Shown here: positions 45,805 through 54,189 of the stretch, one piece after another
How the letters are laid out: each line of letters opens with the position of its first letter
How positions within the stretch are numbered: position 1 is the stretch's first letter
DNA from: a virus
Virus record (IMG/VR): IMGVR_UViG_3300031454_000255
Span: 1,779-65,778 of that record
Length of the DNA: 64,000 nucleotides
Direction: 5' to 3' (one strand)
The notes under the pieces: generated by a model
Seen by the model: the letters and a program-made list of their open reading frames with translations, nothing else
Databases searched by the model: none
What the model was told of the DNA's origin: nothing
Program-made: the position numbers and the translations under genes

Positions 45805-46170
45805 TTACTTGTTCGCGTTCTTTTTGCTTTTCGTCTGCCGAGCGTCTGATTTATCCTGACGGTTATCCGATGCGGTCTGCCGTTTGCCCGAATCATTATC
45901 CCTGACTTCGGATGCGTCCTGTTTAGCTTGCAGTTTTTCAATTAACTGCTGCTGCTTTTCGAGTCGGTCTTGGTTGCTCGAAATTCGTCCCTGTGCTTCG
46001 CGCAGTTTCTGCTGGTCTGCCTTGCCGGTGAACGCCATATAGGAATTAAATAAATTCGCGCCCAGATTAAAAATCGTCAGCACGCCGATAATGGCGAATA
46101 AAACGCGAGAATTTAGGTATTTGCGCCAACTAGTTTTGTAAGAATTTACTTTTTCTAATAATTTATCCAT
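45805..46170 (-). CDS. Single-pass membrane coiled-coil protein
   Basis: VLFAIIGVLTIFNLGANLF followed by a Q/K-rich coil. Confidence 0.6.
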   Translation of the reverse strand: MDKLLEKVNSYKTSWRKYLNSRVLFAIIGVLTIFNLGANLFNSYMAFTGKADQQKLREAQGRISSNQDRLEKQQQLIEKLQAKQDASEVRDNDSGKRQTASDNRQDKSDARQTKSKKNANK

Positions 46171-46321
46171 TTTTACCCTCGACTGACTAAATAAAAATTG
46201 ACTGCGTTCAGTGTCAGACTGACCAAACATAAGAACGAAATCACCAGTAACAGGATTTCAAAGTATTGAACTTTCTTGTGCAGGCGCATCCAATCCCCGT
46301 CTTCGGACGATTTCTCTTTTT

Positions 46322-46711
46322 CTAAATTTCCATCCATTGCTTCACCTCTCTGACAAAATCAAAAACGTCTACCGGCTTTTTGAAAAACTTTTCAACCTGC
46401 ACCCTGTTTGCCACTCTTCGCACGGGCGGATCAATGTTACTGCCTGTCCAAAATGCGATTTTTACGGGAGGTTCTTTTAGCCACGCTGATTCGTTGCGGC
46501 GAATTTCTTCGGACACTTGAAGTCCGTCCAGGGTCGGCATCGCCAAATCTAAGATTACCGAGTCAACCTCTCCGTGATTATCTTCCAGATATTCAAGAAC
46601 CTGACCGCCCGACGGAAAGAAATGAAAATCAATTTCAGGCTCATCACCAAAAGCAATCTCCATCATTCGCTTAATAGACCGGTTGTCGTCAACAAGTAAT
46701 ATTTGTTTCAT
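46322..46711 (-). CDS. Single-domain response regulator (CheY-like receiver)
   Basis: ILLVDD, VILDLAMPTLDG, FWTG and KKP: all catalytic positions present. Confidence 0.9.
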   Translation of the reverse strand: MKQILLVDDNRSIKRMMEIAFGDEPEIDFHFFPSGGQVLEYLEDNHGEVDSVILDLAMPTLDGLQVSEEIRRNESAWLKEPPVKIAFWTGSNIDPPVRRVANRVQVEKFFKKPVDVFDFVREVKQWMEI

Positions 46712-47091
46712 TGTTTAGGATTCCTCCCCTGTAATCTCAAATCCTTTTTTCTTAAATCTTCCTCTCTGTCTTCACAGCTTTTCAGCCGCCTTTCCGCTCT
46801 TTCAAGTTCGGCGCGGGTCGCGCTGTGCGATGCTATCTCATCGGCAATATCCTTTTTGCAGTCATCATATCTAGAACGCGAGCGGTTTAAGTCTTCTTTC
46901 AATGCTTCCGTTCCGGTTTTTGACCAATAGAAATAAACAATGGCAACAAACAAGCCGGCGACCGTTAAAAACGATAAAAATAACGCGAAATACAATCCGA
47001 CTTCCTGCGCCGTTAAACCGCTTTCAGCGAAAAACAAAAGAAGCGGCGCGAAACTATAGAAAATCAGCTCTGAAAATGTGAGTATATTCAT
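46708..47091 (-). CDS. Membrane protein with coiled-coil tail (holin/antiholin-like)
   Basis: Two hydrophobic segments then a charged coil; ATGA overlap with the receiver gene. Confidence 0.55.
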   Translation of the reverse strand: MNILTFSELIFYSFAPLLLFFAESGLTAQEVGLYFALFLSFLTVAGLFVAIVYFYWSKTGTEALKEDLNRSRSRYDDCKKDIADEIASHSATRAELERAERRLKSCEDREEDLRKKDLRLQGRNPKQ

Positions 47092-47108
47092 TGATTCGCG
47101 CCGCGTTT

Positions 47109-47846
47109 TTACGAAGTAATTACTGCCTGCGTTTTTCGGCAAACACCGCAAAATCTAAAATCCTCTAATGCAGCGACGGGTTTGCCCGGTTTGCGATAAT
47201 GCGTCGGCAAATGATAGATTTTCGATTTTCCGTAACTGACAAATCCGCTTCCCGCGGGATGTAAAGGCGCGGCATCGGTTCGTTCAATACCAATGACGGC
47301 GCGAATTTGCGCCGGCGAGATGTTCGAGCCGTCGTGCGAAAAATCCGATGCGTTTCCGAATGGAATATCCGAATAGCCTTTCGTAAAGAGCAGCATAAAT
47401 ATCTCTCCGGCAAGGGTGAAATATTCGGTCGAGTAATTCGATTTTTCCCACCACGTCTCGGAGTTCGGTTTTCCGTCGTTTAGAAGTCGGACGAATGTGT
47501 CACGCATTAAATCCGTCAAAGGCAGATAGTAATCGACGGCGTGAGCGATTTCGGCGCTGACGGTCGCCTCCGCCATTTCGGGATGGTTAATTAATTTTTC
47601 ATCTAAATAAATCGATGCGGTTGAAGGATAAAACACGCCGAGAATGTATTGCCTGCCTTCAAATAAGCCTTCGTGCGTGTCGGCTTCGCTCCCGATGCGG
47701 CTCTCGATGGCGGCTTTTGAATTCAAATCCTGCCAGCCGAGTTCCGCGCCCTCCGGCAAAGATAATCGCTCAAACGGAAACTTGATTTTCGAGATTGCGG
47801 CGACGACGATTTTTTGTTGTTCGGCACTGCCTTTTATTTTCCACAT
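47109..47846 (-). CDS. Hypothetical protein, zincin-like (AEIAH variant motif)
   Basis: ILGVFYPSTASIYLD...SAEIAHAVD...LAGEIF; C-terminal IYH...CGVC. Confidence 0.45.
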   Translation of the reverse strand: MWKIKGSAEQQKIVVAAISKIKFPFERLSLPEGAELGWQDLNSKAAIESRIGSEADTHEGLFEGRQYILGVFYPSTASIYLDEKLINHPEMAEATVSAEIAHAVDYYLPLTDLMRDTFVRLLNDGKPNSETWWEKSNYSTEYFTLAGEIFMLLFTKGYSDIPFGNASDFSHDGSNISPAQIRAVIGIERTDAAPLHPAGSGFVSYGKSKIYHLPTHYRKPGKPVAALEDFRFCGVCRKTQAVITS

Positions 47847-47894
47847 CTTGTTTTTTCTTTCTAAACTTGCGGCGTTTTGCCGAGATAATTTCTT

Positions 47895-48269
47895 TTAGCG
47901 TTTCCGATAACTTATAAGCCCAAATAAAAAGCTGATTTTCACTCCCTTGCGACTGTCGTAAACTTTCAACAGTTCGGCTTGGGACGCGATAATTTCATCT
48001 TTCTTTTTGATAATTGCGTCCTGTGCCGCGCTTAACTGCTTTTGGTTTTCGATAACAGCATTTAGCGATTTGATAACTGTCTCGCTTGAATCTAAGGCAT
48101 CCAGAGTCTTTGCGAGACGTCTTGAGCAGAGCTCGTCACGGTTGACAGCTTGGATCGTCGGCAAAGCGGGTGCAGAACCGATTTGCGGCATTTGCGCCGT
48201 CGTAACTATTGCTGTCGCGCCGAATAGAATTGTTAAAATCAGCAATTGCCGAATTAGCGTTAATTTCAT
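47895..48269 (-). CDS. Outer-spanin (Rz1)-like exported protein
   Basis: Signal peptide plus coiled coil; overlaps 48136..48552 in another frame. Confidence 0.45.
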   Translation of the reverse strand: MKLTLIRQLLILTILFGATAIVTTAQMPQIGSAPALPTIQAVNRDELCSRRLAKTLDALDSSETVIKSLNAVIENQKQLSAAQDAIIKKKDEIIASQAELLKVYDSRKGVKISFLFGLISYRKR

Positions 48270-48552
48270 TTTGTTTAACCTTTTCCTGAATATCAGTTTT
48301 TTGATTGGTAAGCTCGACAGCTTCGTTTGTCGCTAACGCAATGTTGGCGTTTATGTTCTCGATTTTCTTCGTCTCTTTTTGCGAGCGGCAAGACTCGCAC
48401 TCGTGCATCACAAAACCAAACACCAGCAGAACGATTAAAATAACCAAACCAACGCTTGCCAGAAATGAATTTCTTTCGAGATTCGGACTTTCGCCGGTTA
48501 TCAGGCGAAGAAAGAACTTGACGATTTTTTGAATAAAGAGGAATAAAATCAT
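48136..48552 (-). CDS. Inner-spanin (Rz)-like protein
   Basis: One transmembrane segment, periplasmic coiled coil, C-terminal Cys pair. Confidence 0.5.
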   Translation of the reverse strand: MILFLFIQKIVKFFLRLITGESPNLERNSFLASVGLVILIVLLVFGFVMHECESCRSQKETKKIENINANIALATNEAVELTNQKTDIQEKVKQNEINANSAIADFNNSIRRDSNSYDGANAANRFCTRFADDPSCQP

Positions 48553-48950
48553 ACTGAGTCCAAATCTTTTTCGTACGGCGACGCTGTAGTTTCGGTGGCG
48601 TCGCTTAACAGTTGGTTGAGTGAATCAGTTTTCACTTTTTCTAAATGTTCGCGTCGCAATTTGTTGTTATTTATCACCGTCGGCAAGGTAATTCCAGCCA
48701 TCGCTAAATAGATAAATGCGGCAAACGCGCCCGCGCCGAAAATGTATAAGATAATTACAACGACGGACGCGCCCGCAAATAAGAGAGCTTTGTATAAAAT
48801 CAATTTTGAAACATTCGCGTCGCCGTTTTTGTCTTGAAAGATTTTGTTTTCTTCTTCGATGCCGTCAACGCTCTTGTTTCGCTTTGACGTGATTACATCG
48901 CCCGCGAAAGTGAGGGCGCAAAAAGCGGCGGCGATAATTATAAAAATCAT
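48549..48950 (-). CDS. Multi-pass membrane protein (holin-like)
   Basis: Three hydrophobic segments; lysis cluster. Confidence 0.55.
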   Translation of the reverse strand: MIFIIIAAAFCALTFAGDVITSKRNKSVDGIEEENKIFQDKNGDANVSKLILYKALLFAGASVVVIILYIFGAGAFAAFIYLAMAGITLPTVINNNKLRREHLEKVKTDSLNQLLSDATETTASPYEKDLDSV

Positions 48951-48958
48951 ATTTTTCC

Positions 48959-49273
48959 CTAGACCGACGAAATTAATTTATGTTTGGAGAGCGTTTCGGT
49001 TTTGATAACTTCAATCGGCGTGTCGACGGGAGCGTTGCGGGCTTCACGAACGACATTGACGTTGTATTTTTGTTTCGCAATCATCCAGAGCAAACTGCCG
49101 CAGAAAAACAACGCGCCGACGAGATACTGCACAGATTCGAGACTCGTCAAGGTTTCAGTCTGCTCTGAATTTAACCAGCCGCTATGGACAAGTTTTAAAC
49201 CGACGACGACAAGAAATTTTCTGATTAAATCGGCGGCTAATTGTTTGTAAAAATCCGTATCCTTATTAGTCAT
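48959..49273 (-). CDS. Holin-like protein
   Basis: Two hydrophobic segments; overlaps the endolysin stop codon. Confidence 0.55.
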   Translation of the reverse strand: MTNKDTDFYKQLAADLIRKFLVVVGLKLVHSGWLNSEQTETLTSLESVQYLVGALFFCGSLLWMIAKQKYNVNVVREARNAPVDTPIEVIKTETLSKHKLISSV

Positions 49274-49904
49274 CGAGTTTCTCCAGAGCTTCTGTATAAC
49301 TAGAATTGAGCGGCGAAGGAGCGTGAGCGGCTTTGTTTTCGACTGTATCCGCATTGCTTTGTTCGCCGCCGTTTTCAACTTCCCCGTTAGCGGAGTTATT
49401 AACTGAGTTCGCGCGCGCTTGCGTTGGGGTTGGGGTTGAAAGTGAGTTTGTGTCAGGTGTTAAAAATAATTTGCGTTCGGCTTCACGGCGGCGCGTTAAA
49501 CCTTTAACGACAACCAATTTTCCTTTTACAGTTGCTTTTACCCAATCTAGGAAGTGGTTGCTTGCCGACACGTAATCTTTTTGGTTTAGCTTTCTCAAAA
49601 CCGACGAACCCGAAAAAGCGTGTGCGCCGATATTAAAAATAAGGCTCGTCAAAGCACTTCTTTGGTTATCGTTTATCGGAACTTTAACAAGGGTTTTAAC
49701 GGTATTGCCCGCCGAAGCTAAATCTTTTGTCAAAAAAGCATCGGATTGTTCGGATGTTATTTTTTGTCCTAATTTAAGAGTGCGTTTATCGTCTGCGGTC
49801 AATAAATGTCCACAGCCGACCGTTTCTAAGTTCGCGCTATCAAGATAAACTTTCAGCACTACGCCCTCAAATTGCTTTATTAAATCTAATGTTTGCTTAT
49901 TCAT
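49266..49904 (-). CDS. Endolysin, GH24 (phage lysozyme family)
   Basis: IKQFEG...YLDSANLETVGCGH (E-D-T triad), NQRSALTSLIFNIG, GLTRRREAERKLF. Confidence 0.92.
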   Translation of the reverse strand: MNKQTLDLIKQFEGVVLKVYLDSANLETVGCGHLLTADDKRTLKLGQKITSEQSDAFLTKDLASAGNTVKTLVKVPINDNQRSALTSLIFNIGAHAFSGSSVLRKLNQKDYVSASNHFLDWVKATVKGKLVVVKGLTRRREAERKLFLTPDTNSLSTPTPTQARANSVNNSANGEVENGGEQSNADTVENKAAHAPSPLNSSYTEALEKLDD

Positions 49905-50820
49905 TTTCTTTTTCTACAAACCGCGCTTTATATTGCCGAGAACCAAAAGTTTTAGCTTTTCCGTGCAAACAAGCCGAGATGTTTGAAGCCCAAGCATTTA
50001 ATTCGTTAGCGGCTTCAATGATATTTGTATAAGTTTTTATAATTTCATTACTTTTTGCGTCCAAAACTTCAAAAGGACGCGCAAGCCGTTTTCTTACAAT
50101 TTCAGAGGCTTTTGCTTTGTATTCTAATGATTGCAATACTTTATTAAGTTGCTCTTTCCGGTTTGGCGCATCTCGAAACTTAGATATTCTTTGCTGCTTT
50201 TCTTCTTTAGAAAGTGTTGACCACCATTGCTTTGTTTCTAGGGATTTTCGTTCTTTATAAGCAACTGTATTATGAGATTTTCTGATAGCAATTCCGGCTT
50301 TTGCCCTCGCTTCCGGTGTGTGTAAATATTTCTTTGCCACCGCTCGGCTGGCTTCTTTAATCTTTTCGATATTTGCGGCGCGTCCTTTACGAAGCGATTC
50401 AGTCAGTTTTGTTTTTTCTTCATTATTTGCCCAACGATTTTTTGCCGCAGCCGACATTCTTTTTTTGGTTTCATCTGAAAAACCTAACTGACGGTCGCCG
50501 CCTGATGAGGCGTTATAGCCGTTTTTAGCTAAAGTGTTGTAGGTCAAAATCGCTTCCATTTCTAAAATGTTTAATTCTGCAATTGAATCGGATTCGTATA
50601 ACACTTTCCATTCAAATTCGCGCTGTCCGTATTTACGCAAAGCGCAATGAAAAGGAAATTGCATTCCTTTTTTTGCTGATGCAATATGCCGTTTCTTTCT
50701 GTTTTCCAACAAATATCCGGTTGTGTGAATCTTTCTTGAATAAGTTTGCCCTACATATTGTTTGCCGTTTTTCAAACAAGTTGCGATATAAACAATTCCA
50801 AAAACTTTTATGTAAATCAT
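49897..50820 (-). CDS. GIY-YIG homing endonuclease with NUMOD3- and NUMOD1-like DNA-binding modules
   Basis: GIVY...YVGQT; FSDETKKRMSAA; YTNIIEAANELNAWASNISACLHGK. Confidence 0.88.
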   Translation of the reverse strand: MIYIKVFGIVYIATCLKNGKQYVGQTYSRKIHTTGYLLENRKKRHIASAKKGMQFPFHCALRKYGQREFEWKVLYESDSIAELNILEMEAILTYNTLAKNGYNASSGGDRQLGFSDETKKRMSAAAKNRWANNEEKTKLTESLRKGRAANIEKIKEASRAVAKKYLHTPEARAKAGIAIRKSHNTVAYKERKSLETKQWWSTLSKEEKQQRISKFRDAPNRKEQLNKVLQSLEYKAKASEIVRKRLARPFEVLDAKSNEIIKTYTNIIEAANELNAWASNISACLHGKAKTFGSRQYKARFVEKENE

Positions 50821-51142
50821 AGTAACTACAGTATATTACAGCTACTAAATAAAAGCTATTGAACATAAGCGAAACAAGCGCATCAAATTGGTTTTGTGTA
50901 ATCGGAACTTGAACTTCTTTGTTGATGGCGTTTTCGGCAATTCTTAAATCTTGACGTAAAAGTCTTTCACTCTCGGCTTTTGTGATTTTCCCGTTTAATT
51001 TATACGGTTCGTCTTTTAAAACAACGTGTCCGACACCTATCGTTAAGATTTTTACGGCATCGAGATAGCCGTGCAAAACTTCACCTTCAAATTCAATAAT
51101 TAAATTGATTCCGTTTTCACTTGTTATGTAATTATTTTTCAC
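50633..51142 (-). pseudogene. Truncated GH24 endolysin (homology ends near 50855)
   Basis: IIEFEG...YLDAVKILTIGVGH...QNQFDALVSLMFN, then unrelated residues running into the GIY-YIG gene. Confidence 0.8.
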
Positions 51143-51957
51143 GAAAACACCTCCATTTTATTGAGGCTAAAGGCGTTTTGAAGAAGTTTGGTTTTACCGG
51201 CTAACTGTTGCGTTTTCAAATTGGCTTTTTTAGTCGTCTCAATTTGTTTCGCTTTAGCTTTTTTTAGACGCGCTCTTTTAGCTTGTTTGACGTTTCGTTC
51301 TCTTTCTATGACGGCTAATTTTCTGGCACTTTCACGTTCTTTGACCGCTGCTTCCTTTTCTTTCTGCTGAATTTGTTTGATTTCTAAAAACGCCGGATTA
51401 CGCGATACGTTAAAATCTTCAATAAAAGCCGGTCTTTCTAATCGCTTAGTTACTTCACTCACCAGTGGTTCTGCTTTTTTCGCTATCGATTTTGCAACAT
51501 CACCGGCGGCTATGCTGTTTGAACCGGCAAAGAACGCAAGAGAGGCGATTATTTCCGGGTTTGCCGTTAAATTAAGGGCATTTAAGAAGCAATCGCCATT
51601 AAGGTAGACCCCATCAAGATAGTTAGCGATTTGAGAATTGATTTTTCTTTGAGCAACATTCAAGGTCTTATCGCTGATTTTCGTATTAAAAGAAAGTATG
51701 GTGTCAGAAAGCCATAAATTAACAGCTTCGCGCAAAGTAGGAACGATTAAACGGCAAGCAATATCCCGCCCGCCTGTAGAATAGATTTGGCGACGCCAGC
51801 CGTTAAATTGATTTGATAGATAATCCCACCACGCGACCGAGACGGTCTTTGTTTTTCTTTGAACCGGAAATTTATAAACCAAACCATCTAAATCGTTGAT
51901 AGCTTGTTTTATCGTATCGGCATAAATGTGTTGAAACATATTTTTGACCAAAAACAA
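51139..51957 (-). CDS. Hypothetical protein, first gene of the late operon
   Basis: Intact 272-aa ORF with a basic coiled-coil C-terminus. Confidence 0.6.
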   Translation of the reverse strand: MFLVKNMFQHIYADTIKQAINDLDGLVYKFPVQRKTKTVSVAWWDYLSNQFNGWRRQIYSTGGRDIACRLIVPTLREAVNLWLSDTILSFNTKISDKTLNVAQRKINSQIANYLDGVYLNGDCFLNALNLTANPEIIASLAFFAGSNSIAAGDVAKSIAKKAEPLVSEVTKRLERPAFIEDFNVSRNPAFLEIKQIQQKEKEAAVKERESARKLAVIERERNVKQAKRARLKKAKAKQIETTKKANLKTQQLAGKTKLLQNAFSLNKMEVFS

Positions 51958-52091
51958 AAAGCCCGAATTTTCTCTGGTAAAGAGAAAAAACGAGCTGCAA
52001 AACTTCGCTGGTGGTTTGCGTCTTCCGTTGCCGGACAGCGCGAACCGCTAAATTATTTTTAAGTTTAGTCTACTTTGTGGTTTTTAATCAA
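51950..52091 (-). promoter_or_regulatory. Leader G: candidate late promoter plus terminator-like hairpin
   Basis: TTGATT-18-TAAACT; GCTCGTTTTTTCTCT-TTACC-AGAGAAAATTCGGGC-TTTTTGTTTT. Confidence 0.55.
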
Positions 52092-52271
52092 GTTATTTGT
52101 TTGCCGAAAGTGAGTGGTTTTTTTGCAAGTCGGGCATTCGACTTGGAATTGACGGATAAGGACGCGGCAAAGTCCGCCGGACGGAGTGGCAAAATAAAAC
52201 TCGCCGCCTCTGGTTTGTCCGATTTCAGTTTCGCAATTTTTGCAAAGAAAAGGATTAAAACCTGAGTCCAT
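52065..52271 (-). CDS. Zinc-finger protein (Mu Com-like C2-C2)
   Basis: FLCKNCETEIG...FQVECPTCKKTT, immediately upstream of the late operon. Confidence 0.6.
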   Translation of the reverse strand: MDSGFNPFLCKNCETEIGQTRGGEFYFATPSGGLCRVLIRQFQVECPTCKKTTHFRQTNNLIKNHKVD

Positions 52272-52309
52272 AATTTAAATATTATCAAGGGCGGCGTTGT
52301 TAATAAGTA

Positions 52310-52531
52310 TCAAATTCCTTTCTCGTAAATGTGAGCGATTGAATCAATGTCATTTTTAGAAAACTCTGTGCAATCGTCGCAAACACCTAATAACTCATTG
52401 ACATCGCCGACGAGATAGATTTTCCCGTTTTTCAAGCAAAGAATATCGCCTGTTTTTATTTCATTGTGCTTGTTGTATTTTTTGAAAGTAAAACTTTTAA
52501 GAAAATTTTCCATTTGCTTTCTCCTTTTCAA
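52310..52531 (-). CDS. Hypothetical protein
   Basis: GGAG RBS near MENFLK. Confidence 0.55.
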   Translation of the reverse strand: MKRRKQMENFLKSFTFKKYNKHNEIKTGDILCLKNGKIYLVGDVNELLGVCDDCTEFSKNDIDSIAHIYEKGI

Positions 52532-52554
52532 ATTTCAGTTATTTGAATTTTATT

Positions 52555-52779
52555 TCAGTTTGTTGGGATGTGCTTTTCGTTGATACGGTCGGCAATCCAT
52601 TCGAGCGCGTGAGGGACGCAAAAACCGTGTTCCTCACATTGCGGAATCGCTTCTAAAACTCGTTGTCGTTCCGCAAGTATTTTGTCTGTAACCCCCAACG
52701 CTTCGTGCAACCGTGCGTTTTCTATTATAAGTTCCGCGATAACTTTCGAGTTATCGGATTTGATTGTTATTTCGTTCAT
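52555..52779 (-). CDS. Hypothetical protein
   Basis: Intact ORF in the early operon. Confidence 0.55.
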   Translation of the reverse strand: MNEITIKSDNSKVIAELIIENARLHEALGVTDKILAERQRVLEAIPQCEEHGFCVPHALEWIADRINEKHIPTN

Positions 52780-52818
52780 AATTATTTATTCAACCGGCAC
52801 GCTGCGTGAACTCAGCCG

Positions 52819-53142
52819 TTATGTGCCTAAAACTGATACGCAATCGCATTCCCCGACAGACAAAGCGGGCGCGTTATGAACGGAGCAATCTGACGAGTGC
52901 GCCAAATCCTGACAAGCCAGACATTGACAGCCGTTTTCCCTGTCATATTGTTTTTTAAGAACTAAATAATCCTGTATGACTGCCAGAAGTCTCACGTTTA
53001 GCATTCCGGCAACCTGTCGCCATTCGTGCTGCAAAGGTTCGGTGTCTTCACGGCGGCGAACTTCTTCCCAATAATTTACCATTTGGGTAAGTTGAGTTAA
53101 ATCGGCATCGTCTAATGTGTTTTTTAGGTTTAAGTTATTCAT
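52819..53142 (-). CDS. Hypothetical Cys-rich protein
   Basis: CQCLACQDLAHSSDCSVH...CDC. Confidence 0.55.
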   Translation of the reverse strand: MNNLNLKNTLDDADLTQLTQMVNYWEEVRRREDTEPLQHEWRQVAGMLNVRLLAVIQDYLVLKKQYDRENGCQCLACQDLAHSSDCSVHNAPALSVGECDCVSVLGT

Positions 53143-53199
53143 ATTTTATCCTTATTTTTTGCCGTTCGATAATTATTCACTCAATTGACGCACCTGCTT

Positions 53200-53481
53200 T
53201 CAGCCGTTCGGGAATTTTCTGCACGACAAACAAAAAAGATGTCCTTTTTCATCGTCGGATAGATAATCATCCGGAAATAAACAGTCGTAATGCGCCAAAC
53301 CGCCGCAGCTTTCGCACCCGTCGTGTTCTTCGGAATGTGAAAAAATCCGATGGCAATGCGTGCATTTGCTTGTTGCGCTCCGCGTTTCACCGTTGTCCGC
53401 CGTCGAACCATTCAACGATTGCTCTGGCAAACCGCTGCTGGCTATGCTTTGTTTTTCGTTTTCCATTATTTTACCCTTCAA
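53200..53481 (-). CDS. Hypothetical zinc-finger-like protein
   Basis: CTHC...CESC...HYDC...CLSC. Confidence 0.5.
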   Translation of the reverse strand: MKGKIMENEKQSIASSGLPEQSLNGSTADNGETRSATSKCTHCHRIFSHSEEHDGCESCGGLAHYDCLFPDDYLSDDEKGHLFCLSCRKFPNG

Positions 53482-53560
53482 GATTTACTCTACTGTTATC
53501 GGATTTGATTGTTATTTCGGTCATAATTATTTATTCAATCGGTAGCCCGTTTTTTAACTT

Positions 53561-53812
53561 TCAATTTTCCAATCTTCTCATCAGCTTGAAAAGCCGCTCT
53601 TTAACGATGTCCATTCGTTGCCCGTCAACAATATAGTCACGTCGCTCGTAAGTAATAAAAAGCCTTACCCAAACGCGGGATTCAACATCGCCGCGCGGCT
53701 CGACTTCAAGATTAAAACTTTCAATTTCATACGCTTTCACCAACCAGAAAAGACAGTCGGCAAGCGAGCGTTTTTCTTCTAAAGCGTCAAGATTTAAGTC
53801 GGATAGATTCAT
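53561..53812 (-). CDS. Hypothetical protein
   Basis: Intact ORF in the early operon. Confidence 0.55.
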   Translation of the reverse strand: MNLSDLNLDALEEKRSLADCLFWLVKAYEIESFNLEVEPRGDVESRVWVRLFITYERRDYIVDGQRMDIVKERLFKLMRRLEN

Positions 53813-53839
53813 ATCAAGTTAATTGTTTATCTTTCAAAA

Positions 53840-54139
53840 TTATCCTTCCGTTAAACATTTTGAAACGTCTTTTTCAAACGCCTTTTGACAAATATCTTTT
53901 CCGTCCTGAATCGAATCACATCTCGGCGGACTTTTTACCACTCCACACAAATTTTGAAAATTTTCAACACCTACATATCCCGCGCCTTTGTAAAAGAAAC
54001 CACCGCCAATCGCCGAATAAACAATAAATTTACCGAAAATGGTTTTCGCTTCCCAAGTTTCAGTAATACGCTCGGTTTTCTGCCCTTTATTCAGTAAACG
54101 CTTTGACGTTTGCACCCAAGGCAGCTTTTTGATTTTCAT
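53840..54139 (-). CDS. Hypothetical protein
   Basis: GAGG RBS; intact ORF. Confidence 0.55.
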   Translation of the reverse strand: MKIKKLPWVQTSKRLLNKGQKTERITETWEAKTIFGKFIVYSAIGGGFFYKGAGYVGVENFQNLCGVVKSPPRCDSIQDGKDICQKAFEKDVSKCLTEG

Positions 54140-54189
54140 TTTTCACCTCTTTTCATCTTCAAATTCCTCTAAAATCACTTTCGGTAATG

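Noticed and set aside
53115-53636. 173-aa plus-strand ORF
   Set aside because: Antisense to better-supported early genes; composition looks non-coding.
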